A stretch of 62,094 bases of DNA, counting the filler, from Fonticula-like sp. SCN 57-25 (lineage: Eukaryota): NCBI GenBank assembly GCA_001724245.1. It is 9 parts of 9 records of this genome, joined end to end, with 100 filler letters (N's around TTAATTAATTAA, not from the genome) between each part and the next. Parts side by side here need not be neighbours in the genome. Positions count along the whole stretch, not along the records: positions 33,625 to 40,000 come from MEDX01000454.1; positions 40,101 to 48,782 come from MEDX01000455.1; 7 more parts are not named here. One strand, written 5' to 3'. Below are positions 33,627 through 45,324 of this stretch, one piece after another. Both the position numbers and the translations under genes were made by a program. The notes below the pieces were generated by a model that worked only from the letters and a program-made list of their open reading frames with translations, had not been told where the DNA came from and ran no database searches. Within the stretch, counting starts at the first letter, position 1. Each line of letters starts with the position of its first letter.

Positions 33627-34266
33627 ATGTCGAGTGTGGACGTGATTGTGTTTGTCGGCGAACTTTCATGTGTGTTGGGACGCATACCGGTGGAAAAAAG
33701 TTTCACCTATCATACCCTTCTCTCAGCAATTCAGCGCAAGTTCAATGAGGTGAATCCATATAGCAGCCAGGACCTCAGCTGCTTCCGACAGGTGCGTTTT
33801 CTTCTTTTCGCTTTGACTTTCCGCTGACATGGGCCGGAATCCCGACCAGCTTCGTACTTCTAGAGACGGCAAGCCCTTTACCCAAGAACAGCTGCGTGGT
33901 CTTATCAGTGGTGAGGACTTGTTCTATATCGATGTTGTTCCATGTACGTTTGAACCCAGCCCACTTTTTTCGCGCGTTGACCACTTTGCAATAGTTGACT
34001 TCTTCGCATCATCTCTGGATATGCTTCGTGATTCTCTCACTTTTTGGTTTTCTGGCAGCAGCAGCGAAGGAAGTGGACATTCGGATGATCTTCTACTTTC
34101 ACCTGTGGACAGCTTGCTTCCGGACTTAAATATTCCCACGAGCTACGTCTATCAAGAATATAACCCGCTCAAGAAGCAAGGGCTGTCTAGGTTTTCTTCG
34201 ACTTCGCACAGCACGTTGAGTAGGCGGAGAGTATCCCCTTCCAATGGAGTTGAAGTGGCTTACTAA
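33627..34266 (+). CDS. Hypothetical protein, possibly degenerate
   Basis: ATG ORF with a probable GTGCG intron donor at ~33792; no family recognised with confidence. Confidence 0.35.
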
Positions 34267-34317
34267 AAACTCCATCAAGGCGATTCGAAATTGAGAAACT
34301 TTGATGGAATGCTCTTC

Positions 34318-34672
34318 AAACAAGCAAAGCCTCCATTGAACCTATATATTTCAAGGACATTGAATTGCGACTATCAAGATGGACAAGAATTTAAAAAATA
34401 ATTTAAAAAACATAATTTAGGGAGCAGTATTATGCACCACTTTATGGAGCACGCCGATACTTCTAGGTCAATTTTCGAAATCGCATGGCGTGTTCAAGAA
34501 AGGCAGAGGGTGCTCTTTAACAAGCTTAACCCTCATTGAACCTATATAAGGACATTGAATTGCGACTATCATAATTGACAATAACTTAGGAGGCAACATT
34601 TAGTAACAACTCACCTTAATACTTCTAGGTCAATTTTCGAATTTGATTGGCTTGTTGAAGAAAGGCGGAGGG
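34318..34672 (+). repeat. Diverged tandem duplication (units of ~150-190 bp)
   Basis: cattgaacctatata...aaggacattgaattgcgactatca...atacttctaggtcaattttcgaa...aagaaaggc.gaggg occurs twice (~34318-34510, ~34519-34672). Confidence 0.8.
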
Positions 34673-35168
34673 AATATTGCTTGAAACTCTTACTCGCGTA
34701 TATGGAGAAGACAGTCAACTTAATTAGTATTAGTGAGATTTATTGAATTTTAGTTTTTTTAGCATATTTTATCGATTTGAATAAACGCGGCGTGTCTCAA
34801 AAGAGGGAAAACTCACACGCTAGAAGCGGCGCAGATCCCTTTGAGGTCATTGGGATTGTGATAGCAGTGCAAGTGCACACGCGCGTCACTGTGAAATGTG
34901 CAAATGCGGTATACCATGTCATATTTCAGTACTTATACCGTAAACCACGGATTGAACCAAACGAGCGACGAAAAGCAAGGCTACAAAACATATGTTTGGC
35001 CACTATCTTTCGCCTATCCCTCTTTTGCCTATCCCTATTCCGTGCGCTCGAAACCCCAATACAGAGCGAGTCATCACAAAGCCTCTAGCCAGAAACGTAT
35101 ATTCCCATGAATAATCGAGAAATTGCTATTGCATCATGCGTATTACAATCACATCATATCCCCCTTGT

Positions 35169-37473
35169 CTATTGCAGGAGCGCCTGCACGACAGCCTTGA
35201 CATTCAACGACCTCAAATCCGTGTACTTTTGCCCCACACCGACAAACACAATCGGCTGCCCCGTAATGTACGTCATCGACAGCGCGGCGCCCACCTTGTC
35301 GTCAATCGTGTCAAACTTTGTCAGCACGATCCCGTCCACCTGCCGCGGCACGGCAAGATCCGCCGAGTACTTTTTCAGCGCGTTATTAAACTTTACGAGC
35401 TGGTCGACGCCGTCATTCCCGACGAGCGCCTCGCCGACAAAAAAGACCTTGTCGGGCTGGTTGACGCGCACGACCTTTGCCAGCTCGCGCATCAGCGGCT
35501 CATTGTCCTGCATGCGGCCGGCCGTGTCGACAAGAACTACGTCATAGCCGTTGCCGCGCGCGTGCGCAATCGCGTTCCGCGCAACGTCGGCGGCGTCCTT
35601 GTCGTAGCCCTGCTGGTAAAGGTCGACAAACTTTGGCCGATCTTGGCCATCAACGCCGGGGATCGCTGCAAAGGTGTCAGAAAAAAGCGCGGGAAAGAGG
35701 AAAAATCATGTACCATTGAGGTTGTTGACGTGGCGGCGGAGCTGCTCGACGGCGCCAGAGCGGAAAGTGTCGCCCGCCGCGATCAGCACGCGTAGGTTGT
35801 TCTGAATCAGCCAAAAGCTGACGTAATCGGGTTAGTCAAACAAGTATGATGCTGATTATGCGTACCAGATCTTGGAGAGCGTTGTTGACTTGCCGACGCC
35901 GTTCACGCCGCAAAAAGTGATGACGTACGGCCGCTTGTGGTCAGCTCGTACCGCCAAAATGTCACTAAAAGCGCACAAAATGAGCCATATTACCACAAAA
36001 AGGCCACAAAAATGCCACAAAATCATACCGCAAAATGTCTGTTGACACGCGCGGCGTCAGGATACGCTGCAATGCCGGCTCCATGCTCTCCTTCACCATC
36101 GCGTGCACCGTCTTAAACGACCCCGGCTTCTTTCCAATAAGCGTCTCCTGCAGGCTCGCGCACAGCTTGTCGGCAATGTCAACGGCAACATTCTTGCTCA
36201 CAAGGTGGTCCTTCATCTTGATCATCACGGGCTCCAGGTCGGCGGCATCAATCGTCTAGCGCACATCGGTCAGCAAGCAGGGAAAAAAGGGGGTAAAATG
36301 GCGCGCCTTTTGGCCCGAAATGCCCTGGAAGAACGACCAGATGCGCCCGCCGGTGCTCGCGGCCGGCTTGGCGGCGGCGGCGGTCGGCGCCCGCGTCGTG
36401 CTCTTGCGCACATCTTCCTCCTCCTCGTCGTCCTCCTCCTCCTCGTACTCTTCCTCTTCTTCCTCGTCGTCGTCGCGCGTCTCGAGCCCCTCTACTTCGT
36501 ACACGTCCTCTGCGCCCTTTTCCCGGATCGCCGCGAGCTTTTGCATGTCAACGAGCTCGGTGACGCCCGCGGCGGGCGCCTCGGCGGCCTTGTCGCCCTT
36601 GCTGTCGCTGTAGTCGAGCGCGGCGGCGCGCTGCGAGGTGACCTTGGCGTTCTTGGGCGCCGCCTTGGCCTTGCCGCGCGGCGCGGGCTCGGGCGACGTC
36701 GGCGTCGAGGCCGGCTTGGGGGCGGGGGAGGAAGACTTTTTGCCCTTGATGCCGAGCGCGCGCATCTTTGAGGCGATGTCTTCCTTGGAGCGCATGCTGC
36801 CGGGCGGCGATTGGGGAGGCGAAACAAGATCAGTGTCGGAAGATGGCGAGCGAGCAGACGGCTCGGCGGCAACAGGCGTGGTGTCAATGGAAGGCGGCGG
36901 CGAGGGGAGGGCGGCGGCGATCTTGTCGTCCTTGGCCAATGCGACCTCGCTCTTCTTGGTAAAGGTGCGCTGCGTGCGCGGCTTGGCCGTCTAAATGGCA
37001 GCCATTTAGTCCTGCAGATCACACAAAAAGAAGCAAAATGACGTACCTCGGAGAGATAGTGCTGCAGAATGGGCGCAAAAGTTCCCTTAAAGTCGAAATC
37101 GTGGAGGCGCGTCTGATCCCCGAGCTGGCTAGAGTACTTTTCCGTAAAGGTCTTGCGGAGCGAGTCGAGCAGGCTGTCGACATATGTGAGCACGAGCGTC
37201 TTGTTGTACGCGGCCACAAAGATCAGCTCCAGCGGGTTGTCCAGCTTCCACTTGAGCGACCAGTTGCCCGACGTGTACGTGTCATAACCGGCGCGCTCCT
37301 GCATCGAGCCGTCAGCACGAGATCGAAAGAAAGGATCGAGCAAATGACGCGTCACGTACCTCGATCAAAACCGACCGCACGAGCTCGTTCACCACAGAGT
37401 CCGGGACGGGGTGCAGCTCGTTCGTCCACAGCACGAGGCCGCCGCGCGTGAACACCGCGACAAGGTCCAGCAT
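35169..37473 (-). CDS. SRPRA: Signal recognition particle receptor alpha subunit
   Basis: [16 protein letters not shown] (SRX domain), [70 protein letters not shown]. Confidence 0.96.
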
Positions 37474-37578
37474 CGCGCAAAGCTCGCCGCCGACACTCTG
37501 CCGCTCGGCTTTTGTTTGCGTGACGTAAAAGTCGGTTTCAGGTTTGTTTGAAACCGACTTTTGACTCGGATCTCCACG

Positions 37579-38351
37579 ATGCTGGCGGTGGCTCGTGGTG
37601 CGGTGCAGCCGGTGGCGCGGCTGGCGTCGACGCCGGCCGGAGCGATGGCGGCGCGTTTTGCTTCTCTCGCAGTCACGAGTACGTACTTAGTTTTTTTTTA
37701 TTTTGGCTATATTTTTCCGTCTTTTCTGTGTGATTCTGACTCTTTTTCCACTTTCCAGCGCCTCGCCGTCGCTCGCGCACGCTTGCTGCCGAAAAAGGCG
37801 TCGATCTCGGCAAGGATGATCTCATGCGTCACCTGAACCGCACTGCCATGACCAAGAACGCGCTCATGAAGTCGCGCTCTGCCCTTCTCGACCGCAGCAA
37901 TCCCGATTGCCTTGCCGCCGGCAGCGTCGTGCAGGCCGAGGTGATGGTCAATCTGACCACCAAGCAGCGCGTCTCGTACACTGGCACGCTCGTGGCCGTC
38001 CGCCGCAAGGGCATGGGCTCCAACATTGTCATTATGTTTGAGGTGATGGGCATCCTCACGACGATGACGATCCCGCTCTTCTCGCCCATGGTCACCAACA
38101 TCAATGTGATCCGCCGCACGCAGGCGCGCCGCAGCAAGCTCTACTACCTCGCCGAGCACGCCGACGCGCGCTACCCGACGTCCGAGAACGCCCTGCAGGA
38201 GATCGTGCAGGCGCAGTTCTACGCCAAGAACCCGAACGCCGGCGAGAACGTGCGCGTGCCGCGCATCCAGCAGGGCATGAGCGGCCTCCAGGCGGCCAAC
38301 AAGATCACCGCCGCATCCGTCGAGGCCGCCGCCAAGGCAAGGAGGCCGTGA
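37579..38351 (+). CDS. MRPL19: Mitochondrial ribosomal protein bL19m
   Basis: Presequence-like first exon; AGSVV...YTGTLVAVRRKGMGS...PLFSP...RRSKLYYL. Confidence 0.85.
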
Positions 38352-38495
38352 GCGACGCCGTTTTTTCTCGTCTTTTCGCCTCTTATTTCGTTTCCATTCA
38401 CAAATGTGTATTGTCCATACTGATATACTGCTACTGTAAAGAAAGTAAAATACAAAATGATATTCACTTGATATAGCCTTGACCTAATCCTTGAC

Positions 38496-40000
38496 CTAAT
38501 CATCCTTGACCTTGCTGATGTCGATGAGCGCCTGAGGATCTCGGTAAAGTTCGATAAGTTCTCGGTAAAGCCCTTCTTCCATGTGGAACCCGCGGAACTC
38601 GCGCGCAATGACGACATCCTGTTGACCATTAGCCGTGATTCAGCGAGTGAATCCGATGCGTACCCTGCACATCTCGAGGATGCGATCGACCTGCGGCAGA
38701 TCTTCAAACATGATCTTGCTGGCGGCATTGGTGATCTCGACACGGATGAGGCTGCCGACCGTGTACACAACAACCACATCTACATTGCCATGGTGGGTCA
38801 GCGCATCATCTTCAAAAGACATAATCCGGGGCAGAGTCCGGGGTTACGTACAGAGGCCGATGATGCCGTAGGATCCGAGCGACGGATACGCCGCGACATT
38901 CTCAGACAGCACAAAGAACTCGAGCGTGTCGCCGTCTGTCTCTGGCGACAGCTGCAGGAGCGTGAACCAGTCGGCGTAAAAGGTGCCGTTCTCGGGGTCT
39001 TGGAGGTTGGAGAACTCGTGGTAGATGCCGCAGTCGATGTGGCTGGCATTCGTGCTGTCCATATCCCTATGATGCAGGTGAACAAAAAGGGGAAAATTTG
39101 GGCAAAAAGGGGCACAAAAAAGAGAAACGTGGCACAAAAAGAGCGTAAAAAGAGAAAATTGTGCCAAAAATGACACTAAAAATGACACTAGAAATGACAC
39201 AAAAAATGACACAAAATGTGCACCATAATGTTACCATACTACAATTCACACCACAATTTCACAATAAAACCTTCATAAATTACCATAAAACACACATTAA
39301 ACACAACAAACTATCCATTTTACACTACGTACGTAATTTGTCCGTTTGGCAAAGAGTGCATCAAATAAGGAAACACCTTTTGCAGATCCAGCCTCCCCCC
39401 ATTCAGCACCAAATCCGCCATCAAGATCTCCTCCTCATGACTCAGCACCCTCTTAAACTCCCCCACAGCCTCTGAATAATACGCCGACGTGCGCGTCATC
39501 GCCACACTAAACGTCAGCGTCGACAATGTCGTCCCATTAATCAGATCTGACCTGATCTTTTCCTCCTGCGGCGGGCTGATCGTCCACACATTTTGCGAGG
39601 CCTGTTCGAGGACGATACGCGTGTACGCTGATTGGTCGGTTGTGTAGCCGAGCATGGCGGAGGGGAAAGCGCGGAGAAGGTCGTCGTATTCGAGGTGGGA
39701 AAGGGGGAAGATTTGGTCGGTGGTGACGGATTGCTCATAGATCGCGTCATGATTATCAATGCCTGAAGGGAAAGGAGACGGAAAGGAGAAGAAAAGGAAA
39801 GGAAAAGAGAAGGAAAGAAGAGAAAAAAGTGTTAGTTAATGAATAAAAGTAATATGAAATGATGAAAAAGGGATGAAAAAGTGCACAAAAATGACAAGAA
39901 ATGATGAAAAAGTGCACAAAAATGATAAAAATGATAACAAAAAAGTGATGCAAAAAGTGACCATTTTTACACCAAAATGACATAAAAGTAACAAAATCAG
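38496..40000 (-). CDS. PIEZO: Piezo mechanosensitive channel, C-terminal portion
   Basis: SQNVWTISPP, SLGSYGIIGLY, IMFEDLPQVDRILEMC, EEGLYRELIELYRDP. Confidence 0.9.
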
Positions 40001-40153
40001 NNNNNNNNNNNNNNNNNNNNNNNNNNNNNNNNNNNNNNNNNNNNTTAATTAATTAANNNNNNNNNNNNNNNNNNNNNNNNNNNNNNNNNNNNNNNNNNNN
40101 TATTTCATGCTTTTTTCTGTGTTTTTGAATATGAATTCTGACGCGGATTATAG

Positions 40154-40324
40154 ATGAATGACATTCATACCGAGATTGCGACGCTCAAGAAAAAGCTGAG
40201 CAACATTCCGAGCATCCGCAAGCAGCTCGCGCAGGTGAATGCGCAGCTCAAGCTCAATGTGGATGTCGGCGATGACGGCGAGGCGGGCGAGGAGGCGGAG
40301 GACGGCGAGAGCGGGAGCGAATGA
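40154..40324 (+). CDS. Last exon of an unidentified coiled-coil protein
   Basis: After an AG acceptor: MNDIHTEIATLKKKL...acidic tail, then stop. Confidence 0.35.
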   Translation: MNDIHTEIATLKKKLSNIPSIRKQLAQVNAQLKLNVDVGDDGEAGEEAEDGESGSE

Positions 40325-40607
40325 GCGGGCGCGACCACTTTTTGATGTATCAGTACGATAGGCATTCAACATTTTCCATCGCGCGGTGGGGTTTGTATAG
40401 ACAGCAAATGACGGCCAAAAGTGCAAAGTGCTTAATAAATAGGAAACGGTTTACGAGTTATTTATTATACTGGCTACAAGGTGAGCTAAAATGACTTTAA
40501 AGTGAGTGTAAATGACCTAAAATGGGTCAAAATGGGCTAAATTGACACCCAAAAGGCCAAAATGACTACAACCGCTCTTCGAACTCCAGCCTATCCACAC
40601 AAAATGC

Positions 40608-41243
40608 TTAAAGCTTGTTGGAAGGGTTGTCGATGTCGGCGCTCGAGTCCGACACGGCCGAGAGGAGCCCCGTGTCCGGCGGCGCGAGCTTGGCGAGCCC
40701 CGACAGCTGCTTGAACGTCGGGCTGTCGGCCGTGTTCTGCAGCTCAAAAAGCACCGACTCTGACGTGCTGACGAACGCGCCCGCCTGGCGCATGCGCTCA
40801 ATGGCAAACATGCGGTCCGAGTTGCGGTGCGACGAGACGCCGTCGGCCAGGATGGTCACCTCGTAGCCGGCCGACAGCAGATCAAGGCACGTCTGCTGCA
40901 CGCAGACGTGCGCCTCCATGCCGTAGAGGACGACGCTGCGGCGCTGCAGGCTCTTCAGGCGCGCCTCAACGGGCGGGATGTACATCGAAAAGAGGGCCTT
41001 GGAGTGAACCTCAAAGCCCTTGATGTCGATCTCGGCGCACGTCTTGCCGAGGCGATCGGGATTCTGCTCAGTCACGATCGTGGGAACATTGTACAGGCGC
41101 GAGGCGTTGGCCATGCGCTGCGCGACAAAGATGAGGGAAGGCATGTACGAAATGATGCTGCGGAAGCGCTCCTGCACGTCGCAGAGGAGAAAGACAGTGT
41201 TGTTGGGCGTGAGGCGCCCGAGGCTACGAACAGCAGCCGCCAT
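40608..41243 (-). CDS. Isochorismatase-domain protein (ISOC1/2, YcaC-like)
   Basis: FLLCDVQERFR, TEQNPDRLGKT, KALFSM, GMEAHVCVQQT, ADGVSS, STSESVLFEL. Confidence 0.93.
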   Translation of the reverse strand: MAAAVRSLGRLTPNNTVFLLCDVQERFRSIISYMPSLIFVAQRMANASRLYNVPTIVTEQNPDRLGKTCAEIDIKGFEVHSKALFSMYIPPVEARLKSLQRRSVVLYGMEAHVCVQQTCLDLLSAGYEVTILADGVSSHRNSDRMFAIERMRQAGAFVSTSESVLFELQNTADSPTFKQLSGLAKLAPPDTGLLSAVSDSSADIDNPSNKL

Positions 41244-41789
41244 CGTCGTAGAAGGTGGGTGAGGTCGACAGCAACAATGCTGAGTCAGCAACGAAATCGA
41301 TGCGTAATAATGGAAACAAGGGAACGAATAATGGAACGAATTTGGGAAAGACAAAGGGAAAGACTACATAATAATGAGAGAATTGGAAAGAATTACAATA
41401 TTTTATTATTCAATTGTACTTTTCAATATATCAGCAAAGAATGATTCCAATAATTATTTATCACTGTTGATCGGAATATCCGTACGTATTACTTTCTTCC
41501 TTTTGTGCTCTATCTTCCATTCTATCTACTAGAATGCAATTATCATACAATTGAATACTGTATTATTTGGTTGCTAATCTATAATTATAACATATTAAAT
41601 ACAAAAACTAGTAACATTTAATATAATTACACACTTTCACGCACTCACACATAGCTATTTAATATGTGGCGTGATATACAAAAGTAACCTAATATAAAGC
41701 AACGCGATACATAATTGGAAATACTATAATGAAAACAGTTATTGATGTTCGTTCAGCAGTTCGTCGGCGTGGCGGAGTTTGCAACAGGA

Positions 41790-42899
41790 TTAGATGTTGC
41801 CGTTCAGGGCGTCGCGGCAAATGTCCAGCGCTTTCCTCAAGTCCCAACAACCGAAAGCATAGAGAACGTTGGCGATGAGTTGTTGATTGAGACCAGCATT
41901 CGTGAAATGGTCTCCACACGAGGCTACCCACTGAGCAAACCTCACTTCCCAGTCGTCGGGGATATATCTCGAGGCGAAAGCAATCTGGAGCAGGCGGTAG
42001 ACAATTTTTTGGCATTGAGGGGGTGAATAGCATTCGATGGACGTTTCTCTAGCAAAAGCAACCACATCTTTGACTTCTTGCCATGTCATGTAGGGCTCCC
42101 GCGTATTGATATTGGCAACAGCGTTGAAACCATTAAACAATACCTGCATATCACTACCCTCAAGCAAGCCAACTTGGTTTGGCATAATGCCGACTTCCCA
42201 TAGGTTACGCAAGGCCTCATAGTGGATATCTACTTCCCATTCCACTTTGCAGATACACGCAAAGTTTCCTTTATTCCGACGGATGCAAAGAATCCATTCG
42301 CCATTCGAACGCCGCCCATGTTGCTCCAACCTAACGCGAACCTGCTTGACTTCGAGTTCGTCAGTTTGGACGGCAACTTCCGGATGCGGAACACCGGTTT
42401 TCCATTCGGACGGCCAGTTGCAAGCGATGGACTCTTTGCCGAAAATCGGGTGCCAGGACTCATGACCGAAAATCGAAGGCGAATCATCGCGAGCAAGGAT
42501 AGGCAGGGAGAGCTCGCGCTCATATTTGCGTGCGCACAACTTCTCACCGCAGCCAAACTTCTTTGCTTGTAAAGCAGACGGGTTTACCTCGATCACAATA
42601 GGGCCATACCGACCATTGAAGTAAGAGTTGTTCGTTGAGAGACCGAACCAAACTAGCTTGCCAGCATTATTGCCAAAGTCGGGGTGCTCCGCTCCCTTGA
42701 ACGTGGCAACAATTGTGCCATTTTCCCCTTTCAGAATACGTTGGGCAGTGCCGACAGAGACTCCATGGGTTAAATAGACCGGTTCACCAGCAGCCGAAGA
42801 ACTCTCATCACTGGGCCACTTTACCCATGTAGCGTCGTGATGGGGGGTTTCAACGACCCCATCGATGGTTGGCAGCATTGTTGGTCGGACAGGTGTCAT
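41790..42899 (-). CDS. Intronless hypothetical protein, paralog 1, with ADP-ribosyltransferase-like motifs
   Basis: 369-aa ORF clearly paralogous to 43736-44788; YLTHGVS..TAQRIL / LVWFGLS / RYGPIVIEV / HPEVAV. The function is inferred. Confidence 0.7.
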   Translation of the reverse strand: MTPVRPTMLPTIDGVVETPHHDATWVKWPSDESSSAAGEPVYLTHGVSVGTAQRILKGENGTIVATFKGAEHPDFGNNAGKLVWFGLSTNNSYFNGRYGPIVIEVNPSALQAKKFGCGEKLCARKYERELSLPILARDDSPSIFGHESWHPIFGKESIACNWPSEWKTGVPHPEVAVQTDELEVKQVRVRLEQHGRRSNGEWILCIRRNKGNFACICKVEWEVDIHYEALRNLWEVGIMPNQVGLLEGSDMQVLFNGFNAVANINTREPYMTWQEVKDVVAFARETSIECYSPPQCQKIVYRLLQIAFASRYIPDDWEVRFAQWVASCGDHFTNAGLNQQLIANVLYAFGCWDLRKALDICRDALNGNI

Positions 42900-42900
42900 G

Positions 42901-43128
42901 GGTCGAGGTCAAAGGAGGTCGACTGGAGGTCGCTAGTAAGTCGCTGGTAGGTCGCCGAGAGGTCGCTGAGAGGTCGCCGGGAGGTCGCTGGGAGGTCGAC
43001 AGCAACAATGCTGAGTCAGCAACGAAATCGCATGCGTATCAGATGCGTATTTTTCGGGGACGACAGCAAAAGGTTCAGCAAAAGTTCAGCAAAAGATTTT
43101 TCAGCAAAAGTTCAACAAAAGTTCAACA
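42901..43128 (+). repeat. Two 11-bp minisatellites upstream of paralog 1: (GAGGTCGCTGG)n and (TTCAGCAAAAG)n
   Basis: About 9 degenerate copies at 42901-43000 and about 5 at 43063-43128. Confidence 0.8.
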
Positions 43129-43735
43129 TAAGAATAGAAAGAATAGAAAAGAATATAAAAAAATAAAGGATAAGAGGAGAATTAAAAAAAGGTACAATAA
43201 TTATTTATCATAAAGTATTGTTAATATTTACTATCTCTACTGTCCATTTATCAGCGTCAACTTATTCGGCACTATTTAGCAACTATAATCCATACTATAA
43301 TATATACGATCATCAATACTGTTACTGTATTGTCAACTCGATAAGCCACTTTGTCCATTAATTCTTTCCCTTTTTTCATTCATTCATATGTTTTTCTAGG
43401 ATATTTCCTTAGAGCAGTCTATCCCCATATTCCTACATTACCGCTTTCTTCCTTTTCGTTCTCTATCTAATGTTCTATCTACTGAGTATGATACACATAA
43501 TTCTATGATATTGTACAGTATACAGTACTATATACATGTCATATATATTATATTTAACATAATAGTATTAGTATGAATTCAAGGCCTTATTGTCGAAGCA
43601 TTTCACAATGATGTCGATAATTATACACAAAAATAATAGTGTATCTCGCAATCGAAACATATTGTATGAACATGTATTGAGGATGTATTATTATAAAAAC
43701 AAAAATTCATGTTTCATCGTCGGATTGCGTCAGAA

Positions 43736-44788
43736 TCAATCAATATAAGGCTCGCAAATGTCCAACACTTGTTGCAAGTCACCTTCATTGAAAGCCGTGA
43801 GAACTTCGACGATGATTGTTCGCTTGAGATAAGCTCTCGAGTTCTGTCTCTCACACAAGTCTACCCAATCATCAAACATCGCTTTCCAGCCGGCGGGGAG
43901 TTTTTTGACGAAAACAAACTGGAGCAGGCGGCCGACAGATAATTTGTAGTCATTTAAACAAAATCTTGTATTGCGCGCTTCATCATCAAAAGCATCATCT
44001 GCGGTAACTTCGTTCCATGTCATGAAGTGCCCCTGCATATCGATATTGGCAACAATGTCGAAACATTCGATGAGTCGCTCAATATCACTACCCTCAGGCA
44101 AGCCAACTTGGGTTGGCAAAATTCCGAGTTTCCATAGGCCGATCAAGGCCTCATAGTGGATCTCCAAGGACGACTTGTTTTTGCAGTCACACACACCATA
44201 CAACGAATGGAGACAGAGAGTGTCGGTGTCGCACCCATGGTCGTCCAACCTAACGCGCACGTTGTTGACAACGAGCTCCTCTGTTTCGACTGCAACTTCC
44301 GGATGAAACGTAAGATTCGGCTGAAATATACGTTCTGGATAGTAGGGTTCGGACGGCCAGTTGAAAGCGATGGACTTGTGACCGAAAATCGAGGGCGAGC
44401 CTTTGCGTGCAAGGATAGGCAGTGAGCACTCGACCCTATATTGGCGTGCGCGCAACCTCCCGCCGTAGCCAAACTGCTGTTCTCGCAAAGCAGACGGGTT
44501 TACCTCGATCACAATAGGGCCATACCGACCATTGAAGTAAGAGTTGTTCGTTGAGAGGCCGAACCAAACCAGCTTGCCATTGTCGGGAAAGTCGGGGTGC
44601 GCCTTTCCCTTGAACTTGGCAACAATTGTGCCATCGTCTTGAACGGCTAAAATATCATTGGCAATCTCGAGAGTGGTACCATGGACCAAATATACCGATT
44701 TCTCGACAGCGGTCCAATCTACCCACGTGGCGCCGTGCTGGGGTGTTTCAGCCCCATGGATGATGGGGCCGACAGGGTACGAGCCCAT
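43736..44788 (-). CDS. Intronless hypothetical protein, paralog 2, with ADP-ribosyltransferase-like motifs
   Basis: 350-aa ORF; YLVHGTTLEIANDIL / LVWFGLS / RYGPIVIEV / HPEVAV. Confidence 0.7.
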   Translation of the reverse strand: MGSYPVGPIIHGAETPQHGATWVDWTAVEKSVYLVHGTTLEIANDILAVQDDGTIVAKFKGKAHPDFPDNGKLVWFGLSTNNSYFNGRYGPIVIEVNPSALREQQFGYGGRLRARQYRVECSLPILARKGSPSIFGHKSIAFNWPSEPYYPERIFQPNLTFHPEVAVETEELVVNNVRVRLDDHGCDTDTLCLHSLYGVCDCKNKSSLEIHYEALIGLWKLGILPTQVGLPEGSDIERLIECFDIVANIDMQGHFMTWNEVTADDAFDDEARNTRFCLNDYKLSVGRLLQFVFVKKLPAGWKAMFDDWVDLCERQNSRAYLKRTIIVEVLTAFNEGDLQQVLDICEPYID

Positions 44789-45324
44789 CGTTGAAGTGGC
44801 AAAGTCAAAGTGATCTTAACAACACTATTCACTTGGCTCTTGTGAATCCGATCCGGTCGCAGGGGTCAAGCGTTCATCTATCTACAATAAATATGATACC
44901 TGTATAACATTGTACCACAAGTCGTGCGAATGGCATGGCATATATTCATTCCGTATTATTATATATGCTACATGATATGCCCCGCTATCGCATCCATACG
45001 TTGTCCATGTCAGGGTATGGCTACTACGTGTTTTATCTATATTGTGGCATTTGCCTATCATTATGGTCGCAACCCCAAAACGGAACGTGCGTCGTGCAAC
45101 ACAAATGTTAATACAATGGGTCACCCAACATCGTTATGGAGCTTTATGACAACGCTGAACTCTTTGAAATTACAACATCGAGCAAATGCAGAAGAGAAGG
45201 TACAGGATTTCGACTCAAATTTAATCCATCGCAAGGGTAACGTAAAGCCTTTCGCAGCAGTCTATGTTCTCGCGCGGCACATAAAAACCCATATATCAGA
45301 TATTGGTTCTTCATTGTCAATACA

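Noticed and set aside
40608-44788. Functional NAD-related operon of isochorismatase plus ART-like genes
   Set aside because: The isochorismatase is the ubiquitous ISOC/YcaC type rather than a recognisable nicotinamidase. Only the shared upstream DNA is supported.
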